A DNA stretch of 64,000 nucleotides from Mobula hypostoma (Eukaryota). A program made the position numbers and the translations under genes. Within the stretch, counting starts at the first letter, position 1. The number at the start of each line of letters is the position of its first letter. The DNA is taken from positions 8,184,001 to 8,248,000 of the forward strand of contig NC_086097.1 in the NCBI RefSeq assembly GCF_963921235.1. The letters are read 5' to 3'. A model generated the notes under the pieces. It was not told where the DNA came from. It searched no databases and saw nothing but the letters and a program-made list of their open reading frames with translations. Of the stretch, positions 37,948 to 49,750 are shown in pieces.

Positions 37948-40425
37948 TTACAGTTTAAGTCTATCAGGCGGTCGAGTCCGTCGCTGTGATCTACGTAGCA
38001 CCGGCGATGGAGGTTGTGCTGGCTCCGGCCTGACTTCAGGTGCCAGCACGTTAGGCGTCGGTAATCCCTCGTGCGTGTGCATCGCGCCCGGTATGGGAGT
38101 GTCGTGTGGTGTCTGTATAGGGTTTGGGGTGCACGGTGTCTCGTAGGTACATACATTGGTGGGTACGGGGTCAATAGTCACCACGGAGTGTTCAGGGTAG
38201 GGGCCAGGAGCTCCTGCGGGCGCCAGGTCGAGGCTGGAGACCGTGTCCTCCCGCCCATCAGGTAAAACCACTTAGGCATACTGGGGGTTCGCATGAAGTA
38301 AGTGAACCCTCTCGACTATCAGGGAGTATTTATGGCTCCTCGCATGTTTCCGGAGCAGCACTGGCCCCGGGGACGTCAGCCAAGATGGTAGGGTGGTTCC
38401 AGTGGTCAATTTTCTGGGAAAAGAAAAGAGCCGCTCATGAGGGGTGGCATTGGTGGCTGTGCATAACAGGGAGCGGATGGAGTGGAGTGCCTTGGGAAGT
38501 ACCTCCTGCCAGCGGGAGACCGGCAGTCCCTTTGACGTGAGGGCTAAGAGTGTGGCTTTCCACACTGTGCCATTCTCCTTCTCTACCTGTCCATTCCCCC
38601 GGGGATTATAGCTCGTGGTCCTACTGGTTGCAATTCCCCTAGCCAGTAGATATTGGCGCAGCTCGTCACTCATAAACGAGGACCCTCTGTCACTGTGGAT
38701 ATAGCATGGGTATCTGAACAGAGTGAAGAGCTTGCGCAGGGCTTTTATAACTGACGTGGTAGTGGTGTCCGGGCAGGGGATGGCGAAGGGGAACCGCGAG
38801 TACTCATCAATTACGTTAAGAAAGTACACATTGCGGTCGGTGGAGGGAAGGGGGCCCTTAAAGTCAACACTCAGTCGCTCAAAGGGGCGGGTGGCCTTGA
38901 TGAGTGGTGCCTTTTCGGGTCGGTAGAAGTGCAGTTTGCACTCTGCGCAGACTTGGCAGTCCCTGGTCATCGTCCTGATCTCTTCAAGGGAGTAAGGCAG
39001 GTTCCGGGCTTTCACGAAATGGAAAAGCCGGGTGACTCCCGGGTGGCAAAGGTCTACATGTAGGGCGTATAGCCAGTCGATCTGCGCGCTGGTGCATGTT
39101 CCCCGGGATAGGGCATCGGAGGGCTCGTTGAGCTTCCCAGGCCTGTACATGATGTCATAGTTGTAGGTGGAGAGTTCGATTCTCCACCTCAGAATTTTAT
39201 CATTTTTGATTTTGCTCCACTGCTGATTATTAAACATGAATGCGACTGAGCGCTGGTCAGTTAGCAGGGTGAACCTTTTGCCGGCAAGATAGTGCCTCCA
39301 GTGCCTTATAGCTTCCACTATGGCCTGGGCCTCTTTCTCTACCGCAGAGTGCCGAATTTCAGGGCCTTGAAGTGTACGGGAGAAGAACGCCACTGGTCTT
39401 CCTGCCTGGTTGAGGGTAGCAGCCAGCGCAAAGTCGGAGGCGTCACTCTCTACCTGGAAGGGAATGGCCTCATCCACCGCATGCATTGTTGCTTTGGCAA
39501 TGTCCCCTTTTATGCGGTTGAAGGCCGTGTGGGCCTCGGAAGAGAGGGGGAATGTGGTGGACTTGACCAGGGGGCGGGCCTTGTCTGCATAGTTAGAGAC
39601 CCATTGGGCATAATATGAAAAGAAGCCCAGGCACCTTTTGAGGGCTCTGAGGGTATTGGGAAGAGGGAGTTCCAACACGGGGCGCATACGGTCGGGGTCA
39701 GGGCCAATGACTCCATTCTCCATGACACACCCAAGAATAGCAAGTCGGGTGGTCCCAAATACACACTTGCCCTTGTTATAGGTGAGGTTGAAAGATTTGG
39801 CTGCTTGGAGAAATTTTTGGAGTTTGTTGTCGTGATCCTGTTGGTCGTGACCACAGATGGTGATGTTATCCAGATATGGGAACGTGGCCTTCAGTTGGCA
39901 CTGGTCCACCATCTGGTCCATTGCCCTCTGGAAGACAGATACACCATTCGTGACACCAAAGGGGACGCGCAGGAATTGATAAAGCCTGCTGTCCGCCTCA
40001 AAAGCAGTGTAAGGGCAGTCCTCCCGGTGGATGGGGAGCTGATGGTAAGCGGATTTTAGGTCTATGGTCGAGTACACCTTGTACTGTGCTATCTGATTGA
40101 CCATAACCGCAATGCGGGGTAGAGGGTACGCGTCGAGCTGCGCGACCCTATTGATGGTCTGGCTATAGTCCACCACCATCCTATTCTTCTCCCCGTTCCG
40201 AACAACCACCACCTGCGCCCTCCAAGGACTTGTGCTTGCCTCAATGACCCCCTCCCTGAGCAGCCGCTGCACCTCCGACTTAATGAAGGCTCTGTCCCCC
40301 GTGCTGTACCTCCTGCTTTTAGTTGCCACAGGTTTACAGTCGGGGGTCAGGTTGGCGAACAGCGGTGGGGGAGGGATCCTGAGGGTGGAGAGGTGGAGTG
40401 GTGTTGGTAGTGTGGCAGTTGGCAT
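37948..40425 (-). pseudogene. pol: pol (RT, RNase H, integrase) with an in-frame stop at 38272-38274
   Basis: RT IDLKSAYHQ, PFG, YLDN; RNase H ESDASD, EKEA, TDQ; integrase HHCC and D,D35E (VDFKGP, SDRG, VEK); same frame continues after TAA to RRSQRRTRPPDRL. Confidence 0.92.
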
Positions 40426-41925
40426 GATGTTGGGTGGGATGCGCAGGTCGGTGTGTGTGTGTGGTCAGTAGCGGGGTACGTGACATATCTCTACAAAACA
40501 GGGGATTTATGACAGTAATTGGCGGGTGGGGCCCATCATACTTCATTGTCACGCTTTTCAGGTGGCTCTGGAAGTCAAACCCCAACAGCACAGGGGCACA
40601 CAGTTGAGGCAAGACCAGTAACTTAAAGTCCCGATATTCTGTGCCTTGCACCACTAGCATCGCTACACAACCCCGCCGGATGTCTGTTGTATGCGACCCG
40701 GAGGCCATGGTGACCCTCCGACTTACCGGCCGTATCATGAGTCCACAAGGCTGCACCGTGGCCAGGCGGATAAAACTCTCCATGCTGCCTGTGTCAAACA
40801 GGCAGCTTGTCCTGTGCCCCTCCACCAGGATGTCCATCATTGACCTTGCGAGCTGGTGGGGAGCGCTTTGGTCGAGGGTCACAGAAGCCAGGGTGGGGTC
40901 GCTGTCTTGGTCCGGTGTGGTGAGGTGCCCCGTGAGCACCCGTTGGTCGTAGGCGGTGGGAGGTGGTGCCGACCAAGATGGCCGCCCCCATGTCTCGCAC
41001 GTGGTGGTGGCGTGCAGGGAAGATGGCGGCAGGCAAGATGGCGACCCCCACGTCTCGCACGTGGTGGCAGTGTGCAGGGAAGATGGCGGCAGGCAAGATG
41101 GCGGCCCCCATGTCTCAAACGTGGTGGCAGTGTGCAGGAAAGATGGCGACCCCCACGTCTCGCACGCGGCGCTGCTCGATCCCGCTCGCGGTTTTGACTT
41201 ACAGACCTTGGCGAAGTGGCCCTTCTTTCCGCAGCTGGAACAGGTAGCTTGTCGGGCCGTGCAGCGTTTCTGGGGGTGCTTCTCCAGTCCGCAGAAGTAG
41301 CACTTCTCGGACTCATGACTAGCTGCAGCCGAGGTCGATTCGCCGGCAGGTTGCGGGGTCTGCGGCGCCACGAGTCCATCAGGGGATCGCGTGCCTGGAG
41401 AGCCTCGGAGTTATGCAGAGCGGCCTCCAACGTATCAGCCAGCTCGATCGCCGAACTTAGGGTAAGATTGGCTTTTTCCAGCAGCCACTGGCGCACGTAC
41501 ACTGACCTGGTCCCCGTAACGAAGGCGTCTCTCACTAGGAGTTCTTCATGCTGCGCCGCCGTCAGCTCCTGGCAATTGCAGGCCCACACGAGTGTCTGTA
41601 GGGCCCGGACAAACTCAGCACTCGATTCCCCGGACCGTTGTTGCCGTGTCGCTAAGCGATGCCGAGCATAGATTCTGTTTATCGGCCACAGGTATTGTCT
41701 TTTGAGTGCGTTCATCGCGCCGTCGTAGTTCGGCTGGTCTCTGATCAGCGAATAGACCCGTGGACTGACCCTGGAGAGTAGAACTCTGTGCTTCGCTACG
41801 GGGTCGGTCGCTTTAATCTCCTCTAGATACGCTTCGAAGCAGGCCAGCCAGAGTTCGAAAGCGTTTCCAGCGTCAGGCATTTGCGGATGGAGGTCTAATT
41901 TTTCTGGTCTCAGGACCTGTTCCAT
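40334..41925 (-). pseudogene. gag: gag + zinc knuckles + aspartic protease, frameshifted near 41371
   Basis: MEQVLRPEKL... capsid-like region; CYFCGLEKH....C and CSSCGKKGHFAKVC knuckles; protease LFDTGS. Confidence 0.9.
40975..41165 (-). repeat. In-frame 60-bp tandem repeat (~3 units) between NC and protease
   Basis: Encodes repeated (T)CETWGSPSCLPPSSLHTAT units. Confidence 0.9.
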
Positions 41926-41951
41926 GTTTTAAAATGTACAGCGAATAAAAT

Positions 41952-42181
41952 TGAAGCACCTTCAATTACTCCAAAAGACTGAGGTTTGGTAAAAATACTG
42001 AAAGGCTTTTATTCGCTGTACAATACGACCTCCACAGTGAGTATCTGCCCCCGGACTGAGGGGGAGGGGCAAGACGAACATCTTTATACAGGATTCTGTG
42101 GGAGGAGCCACAGGGGCAGTCAGCAGAGGGGTGAGTCCAGACAGGTAACCGAGTTACAACATATATACATGGTTTACCACA
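41952..42181 (-). promoter_or_regulatory. 5' LTR with TATAAA (42083-42088) and AATAAA (42008-42013)
   Basis: Motifs read directly on the minus strand; function inferred from LTR position. Confidence 0.85.
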
Positions 42182-44549
42182 GTTAGTGATGACTGTTTTG
42201 GATTATACCTAATTGGATTTAAGATCCTCTGATGTTGTAGGGTGATTTAAATCAGGCAGTTGTCCAAGCCACCAGATTACTAGTCTTGTAGCATAGTGAC
42301 TAAATTTTAACAGCAACTGCATTTTAAAAACACATTGAAATGTTCTCCAGCCAAGAAAGACATTTTGTAAATGATTTTTCTTTGCTTCTCTTTGATCAAA
42401 GTGAAATCATTGTACAAGGCAAAGCAGCCACGGATCACACAAAAAAAGACCGTCTTTTAAAACTTCATTTATAAAATGATGTTGTCCCAAAATATGGGTC
42501 AGAATCTTTCTGAAATAATACAGTTTTTTTTTAACCAGTCTTTCCAAATGATGGTGGGGAAATGGCTATTTTCTATAGCTGAAAACATATTAGCAAATTG
42601 GTTTGAACACTGTATGTGTACATTCAGTGGCCACTGTAAAATTGATCGGAGTTCAATCCCCACACTTTCTCTAAGGAGTTTGTACATCTTCACGTCACCG
42701 TGTGGGTTTCCTCTGGGTGCTCTGGTTTCCTCCCACATTCTAAAAGTCATAGGTTAATTGGTCACATGGGTATAATGGGGCTGGAAGGGCCTGGTTTCAT
42801 GCTATTGCCTCTAACGATAATGGTGGTGTATAAGGTACTCCAGCATCTGAGGTTATAGATTAGGTGGTGTATTGTTCGAGTTGAGTATGATTGTCCATTG
42901 GTGGGTCCTCAGATGAACACTCAGTCGCCACTGTAAAATTGATTGGAGCTCTATCCCCACCACTGTTTGTTCTCCCTGTGACCACCTGTGTTTCCTCCCA
43001 CATTCTAAAATTCATACGGGTCGGGGTTGGTAGGTTGTGGACATGCAATATTGGCACCAGAAACTTGGCATCACTTGTGGACTGTCCCCAGCATAATCCT
43101 TGGATGGTGTTAGATGTTGATTCAAACGGTGCATTTCACCATATGCTTTGATGCACAAACGAAAAATAAAACTAATCTTATCTTAATCCTTTGGAGCTGA
43201 GGCAAATAGTAAAACTCCAGTTCAGATAGCCACTCATACCCACAAGAACAGATGAACAAGTGCATGTCACTTCCCACACCTTCAACATGATCACGGTTGA
43301 TCTACCCCATTCCTTAGCTCTCCTTCTGTGACAGTTTATAAGAGCCTTTGATTCTCTGAAGTTTCAAAAATGGACCTTCTACTGCACCTCAGTAGGTCAA
43401 ATGCAACGAGACAATATGCTGTTAAAGGCCTGATCCTTTATTTGTTTAAAACTTCTTTGTGCAGCTCCTGTTACTGCACACTCTCAATAAATCTGCCATT
43501 CACAGTATACAGTTTTCAAAGTGAGGAAGTAAAGAATTTCATAGCAAAGATTTATGTAAAAGTTTGATCATTTGTTCCAAATTGGAGAGGGTTGAGGGTA
43601 AAATTATACAAGTGGTAAAAGTTCAACGAAAACACTATCTGTTTATTGAAACTCGATCATTTGTCTGAGGTATTCCAGGACTAAAATCATGGATAACAAG
43701 TAGTTACAGACTTCTGCATTGATTGAATATCAGATGGAATAAAGAAAACTATCCAAAGCTTTACTTTGTTCTAAACTGTTTATGCTATGTCTGACGTTAT
43801 TTAATCCTTTCTTTCTTCCAGTCATTCGTAACGCGGTTTTTGTGACAATTTTTTCTCTAAATTAAACAAAGCATTCAGTTAATGATTTATTTGCAATAAT
43901 ACCAAAAAATGGTTGTAAACAGTAGAGAGAAAAAAATAATTAAGTAACTGATATATCTGTCTTGAGTCAGAAGGTGGGAGGGGTCTTGGCAAGGAAACTA
44001 TTATGACATAAGATCCATTTGAGCTTCTGACTAGAAATATACCTGACGTCAGATATTGCCTGCCAAGCAGTACAATCTCTGTTAATAGAACAATGCTTGA
44101 AGGAACATCTTTGATCATTTTGTTTTGATATTGAAGGTGGAAGGGAAACAAAAATATCAAGACACTCCATCTTTTGGTTCAATGTATTCTGAGCCATTTC
44201 GACCATATAGTAATGTTTTTTCCTGTACATAACTCCCACCAGCACCTTTTTACCCTTGCAGTTCAGATTCAGAATCAGAATCAGGTTTAATATCACCAGC
44301 ATATATTGTGAAACTTGTTGTCTTTGCAATACATAATTACAAAGAATATAGTGTATATACATAGAGTTAACTTAAATAAGTAATGCAAAAATAGAAATAA
44401 AAAAGTAGTGAGGTACTGTTATTGGGTTCAATGACCATTCAAAAATCAGATGGCGGAGGGAAAGAAGCTGTTTCTGAATCGTTGAGTGTGTGCCTTCAGG
44501 TCCCTGTACCTCCTTCAGGATGGTAGTGATGAGAAGAGGGCATGTCCTG

Positions 44550-47123
44550 CAGGGTGGAAGTCAGGAACAGGAAGGGAGCAGTTACTACATTGGGAGTATT
44601 CTATAGGCCCCCTGGTAGCAGCAAAGATACTGAGGAGCAGATTGCGAGGCAGATTTTGGAAAGGTACAAAAATAACAGGGTTGTTATCATGGGTAACTTT
44701 AACTTCCCTAATATTGATTGGCATCTGATTAGTTCCAAGGGTCTGGACGGGGCGGAGTTTTGTTAAGTGTGTCCAGGATGGATTCCTGTCACAGTATGTC
44801 GACAGGCCGACTAGGGGGAATGCCATACTAGATCCAGTATTAGGTAACGAACCGGGTCAGGTCACAGATGTCTCAGTGGGTGAGCATCTGGGGGACAGTG
44901 ACCACCGCTCCCTGGCCTTTAGCATTATCATTGGAAAAGGATAGAATCAGTGAGGACAGGAAAATGTTTAATTGGGGAAGGGCAAATTATGAGGCTATAA
45001 GGCTAGAACTTGCGGATGTGAATTGGGATGATATTTTTGCAGAGAAATGTACCATGGACATGTGGTAGATGTTTAGGGATCTCTTGCAGGATGTTAGGGA
45101 TAAATTTGTCCCGGTGAGGAAGATAAAGAATGGCAGGGTGAAAGAACCATGGGAGACAAGAGAGGTGGAAAATCTAGTCAGGTGGAAGAAGGCAGCATAC
45201 ATGAGGTTTAGGAAGCAAGAATCAGATGTGTCTATTGAGGAATATAGGGTAGCAAGAAAGGAGCTTAAGAAAGGGTTGAGAAGAGCAAGAAGGGGGCATG
45301 AGAAGGCCTTGGTGAGCAGGGTAAAGGAAAAGCCCAAGGCATTCTTCAATTATGTGAACAAAAAAAGGATGACAGGAGTGAAGGTAGGATCAATTAGATA
45401 TCAAGGTGGGAAGATGTGCCTGGAGACTGTGGAAGTGAGCGAGGTCGTCAATGAATACTTCTCTTCAGTATTCACCAATGAGAGGGAACTTGATGATGGT
45501 GAGGACAATATGAGTGAGGTTGATGTTCTGGAGCATGTTGATATTAAGGGAGAGGAGGTGTTGGAGTTGTTAAAATACATTAGGACGGATAAGTCCCCGG
45601 GGCCTGACGGAATATTCCCCAGTCTGCTCCACGAGCCGAGGGACGAGATTGCTGAACCTCTGGCTAGGATCTTTATGTCCTCGTTGTCTACGGGAATGGT
45701 ACCAGAGGATTGGAGGGAGGTAAATGTTGTCCCCAGTTCAAAAAAGGTAGTAGGGATAGTCCGGGTAATTACAGACCAGTGAGCCTTATGTCTGTGGTGG
45801 GAAAGCTGTTGGAAAAGATTCTTAGAGATAGGATCTCTGGTCATTTAGAGAATCATGGTCTGATCAGGGACAGTCAGCATGGCTTTGTGAGGGGCAGATC
45901 GTGTCTAACAAGCCTGATAGAGTTCTTTGAGGAGGTGACTAGGCATATAGATGAGGATAGTGCAGTGGATGTGATCTATATGGATTTTGGTAAGGCATTT
46001 GACAAGGTTCCACACGGTAGGCTTATTCAGAAAGTCAGAAGGCATGGGATCCATGGAAGTTTGGCCAGGTGGATTCAGAATTGGCTTGCCTGCAGAACGC
46101 AGAGGGTCATGGTAGAGGGAGTACATTCAGATTGGAGGATTGTGACTAGTGGTGTCCCACAAGGATCTGTTCTGGGACCTCTACTTTTCGTGATTTTTAT
46201 TAACGACCTGGATGTAGGGGTAGAAGGGTGGGTTGGCAAGTGTGCTGATGACACAAAGGTTGGTGGTGTTGTAGATAGTGTAGAGGCTTGTCAAAGGTTG
46301 CAGAGAGACATTGATAGGATGCAGAAGTGGGCTGAGAAGTGGCAGATGGAGTTCAACCCGGAGAAGTGTGAGGTGATACACTTTGGAAGGACAAACTCCA
46401 AGGCAGAGTACAAAGTAAATGGCAGGATACTTGGTAGTGTGGAGGAGCAGAGGGATCTCGGGATACATGTCCACATATCCCTGAAAGTTGCCTCACAGGT
46501 AGATAGGGTAGTTAAGAAAGCTTATGGGGTGTTAGGTTTCATAAGTCGAGGGATAGCGTTTAAGAGTCGCAATGTAATGATGCAGGTTTATAAAATTCTG
46601 GTTAGGCCACACTTTGGTGTACTGAGTCCAGTTCTGGTTGCCTCTATAGGAAGGATGTGGATGCATTGGAAAGGGAACAGAGGAGATTTACCAGGATGCT
46701 GCCTGGTTTAGAGAGTATGGATTATGATCAGAGATTAAGGGAGCTAGGGCTTTACTCTTTGGAGAGAAGGAGGATGAGAGGAGACATGATAGAGGTGTAC
46801 AAGATAATAAGAGGAATAGATAGAGTGGATAACCAGCGCCTCTTCCCCAGGGCACCACTGCTCAATACAAGAGGACATGGCTTTAAGGTAAGGGGTGGGA
46901 AGTTCAAGGGGGATATTAGAGGAAGGTATTTTACTCAGAGAGTGGTTGCTGCATGGAATGCACTGCCTGAGTCAGTGGTGGATACAATAGTGAAATTTAA
47001 GAGACTACTGGACAGGTATATGGAGGAATTTATGGTGGGGTGTTATATGGGAGGCAGGGTTTGATGGTCAGCACAACATTGTGGGCCAAAGGGCCTGTGC
47101 TGTGCTGTACTATTCAATGTTTT
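44550..47123 (+). mobile_element. Young CR1 LINE (same subfamily as 26081-28273) nested in a minus-strand Rex1/Babar fragment
   Basis: ORFs 44542..44766 (GVFYRPP, MGNFN), 45069..45782, 45710..46711 and 46657..47064; nearly identical to the 26-28 kb copy. Confidence 0.95.
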
Positions 47124-47253
47124 ATGGCGGGGGTCTCTAATGAAGGATGAAGCCTTTATGAGGCATCGCTACTTGAAGAACTCCTGGATAGTACAGAGGC
47201 TTGTGCTCATGATGGAGATGATTGAGTTACTTCAGAGCTGTATACTTCGATAA

Positions 47254-48321
47254 AGCATTTTATAAATTGAAGTACAAGAAGTTATTTGAAATATTACAGA
47301 AAACTATAGATCTAGATTCGAAAGACCTCCGCCTAATCAGAAATCTCTACTGGGAACAAATGGCCGCTGTAAGAATAGAAGGAGAAGTGAGCCAGTTTAC
47401 GAAAATCAAGGGAGTTGTTTGACAACGGTGTGTTTTCTCCCTTATTTAATGTGTACAGTGAAACAATATTAGAAGAAATAAGAGACATCTTGGGAGTCAA
47501 AGTTGGCAGTGAAAACATCAATAATTTCAGATATGCAGATGACACTGTGTCAATTGCAAATACGGAGGAATAACTACAAAACTTAATTGATATAGTTGTT
47601 GAAGAAAGTGAAAAAATGGGTCTATCTATCAATTGCAAAAAAACAGAATGTATGGTGATATCCAAAAAGAAGGAGAATCCTATCTGCAGGCTGAGAATAA
47701 ATGGGGAAGACATAAATCAAGTACAGAACTTTTGCTACTTAGGAAGCTGGGTGACATCAGATGGCAGGTGCGACATGGACATCAAAAGAAGAATAGGGAT
47801 GGCAAAAGACACCTTTATGAGAATGAAGAGTATACTGACCAATACTAAACAGGGCATGACAACCCGCCTCACAGTACTGAAATGTTACGTTTATCCGGTT
47901 ATGTTATATGGCTCAGAATGTTGGACAATATCTAGTAACATGAGGAAACGAATGGAAGCAGCAGAGATGTGGTTTTTGAGGAGGATGCAAAGAATATCAT
48001 GGACAAAACGAATTTCTAACAAGGATGTCATGAACAGAGCAAACACAAAGAGAGAAATAATATATGAGATCACGAAAAGGCAACGTAACTTCCTTGGACA
48101 TGTGATTAGGAAAGAGGAGTAGAATGCACGGTAATTATGGGAACGATTGAAGGGAAGAAAGCAAGAGGAAGACAAAGACAAATGATGATGGAGACAGCAG
48201 CCAGAGAACTGGAAATGAATACCAATGAATTGATCCACTTGACCTGAAACAGGAGTGTGTGGGCCATGGCAGTCAAAGCTCAAACTGGGCACGGCACCTG
48301 ATGATGATGATGATGATGATG
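47254..48321 (+). mobile_element. RTE-clade LINE, 5'-truncated
   Basis: LFNVYSE, NFRYADDT, GLSINCKKTECM, FCYLGS, MLYGSECW, EMWFLRRM; (GAT)n tail; 12-bp TSD ATACTTCGATAA at 47242-47253 and 48322-48333. Confidence 0.92.
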
Positions 48322-49099
48322 ATACTTCGATAATAAAATGAACTTCTGAACTCTCTGCAGCTTATTTTAATCCTGTGCTGTAGCCCTGCCCTCTCATACC
48401 AGATGGTAATGCAACCAGCTTGAATGCTGTCCATGGTACATTTGTAGAAACTTTTGTGTGTTTTCGGTGACATTGGAAATCTCTTCCAACTCCTAATGAA
48501 ATATAGTCGCTGTCTTGCCTTCTTTGTAGTTTCTGTATAGTTTCTTAACTCTACCTCTGTCTAGTGGACTTCTGGATTGGATGCAGTGATGCCTGACTTG
48601 GTGACAGGTTTGCTCATCTCTGTGCTGGACTTGGGCTGTGGCTTGCAACCAGTGAACTTCTGGATTGGGTACAGTGATGCCTGGCTTTGTGAACTACGGT
48701 TCTGAATGCTGTTTTCTTGCTTTTATTCTTTGCACAAATGCTTTTTTTTCCCTCTCTCTGCACATTGGGTGTTTTACAGTCCCTTTTTAATGGATCCTAT
48801 TGGGTTTCTTTGTTTAGCGACTGCCTGTAAGGAAATGAATCTCAGGGTTTTATAAAGTATAGATACTTTGATAATAAATGTACTTTGAATTTTGAACTTT
48901 GCAAATTGGCTGAGTCTAATGTAACACCTCAGTTGCTTTCATTTTGCATTAGATAGACAAATGGATGTGAGCACCTCAGCCCCAATTTCAGCATGACTGC
49001 TGGATGTCCTTCGCTGAAGCCGCTCTTCATCTAATATGAAAACTTCAATGTCTTTTTGTGAACTCAATTTTTCTACAATTCCTGTTTAGTTACTAAAAT

Positions 49100-49750
49100 C
49101 AAAGCATGGCAACACATTTACTTCCTAAGAAGTTTTCAGACATTTGGTATGACATCTAAATCTTTGACAAACTTTTATAGATGTGTATTAGAGAGTATAT
49201 TGATTGACTGGCTGTATTGTGACTTGGTATGGAAACACAAATGCCCTTGAATGGAAAATTCTACAAAAAGTAGTGCATCTGCCCTGTACATCACAAGTAA
49301 AGCTCTCCCCATCACTGAGCACATCTGCATGAAATGGTGTCACAGGAAAGCAGTATCCATCATCAGGGACATGCTCTCTTCTCACTGCTGCCATCAGGCA
49401 ATGGTACCAGAGCCTCAGGCCTCGCATCAAAAAGTTCAAGAACAGTTACTATCGGACTCTTGAATAAAAGGGGATAACTACACTCTCTTGCCCCATCATT
49501 GAAATATTCCCACAACCAATGATCTCAATTTCAAGGACTTATTATCTCATTCTCTCATGTTCTCGTTAGTTATTGCTATTTATTTATATTTGCATTTGCA
49601 CAGTTTGTTGTCTTCTGCACTCTGGTTGATCTTTCGTTGATCCTGTTATAGTTACTATTCTAGAGATGAGGATGCAGAAAAATGAATCTTAGGGTTGTAT
49701 ATGGTGACATATATGTACTTTGAGAATAAATTCGCTTTAAAGTTGAACTT
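49100..49750 (+). mobile_element. Rex1/Babar-type 3' fragment
   Basis: TNFYRCVLESI...WYGN...ITSKALPITEHI...KAVSIIRD; TTTGAACTTT-type tail. Confidence 0.75.

Larger units (their letters stand above)
37649..42181 (-). mobile_element. Full-length Ty3/Gypsy LTR retrotransposon (no chromodomain, possibly Mag-related)
   Basis: Two 230-bp TG...CA LTRs; 5-bp TSD GTTAG (37644-37648, 42182-42186); order gag-CCHC-PR-RT-RNaseH-IN; polypurine tract next to the 3' LTR. Confidence 0.97.

Noticed and set aside
41340..41400. Programmed frameshift in gag
   Set aside because: The shift falls upstream of the zinc knuckles and I see no slippery heptamer; more likely post-insertion damage.
40641..41671. Several overlapping plus-strand ORFs
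   Set aside because: Antisense shadows of GC-rich gag sequence.
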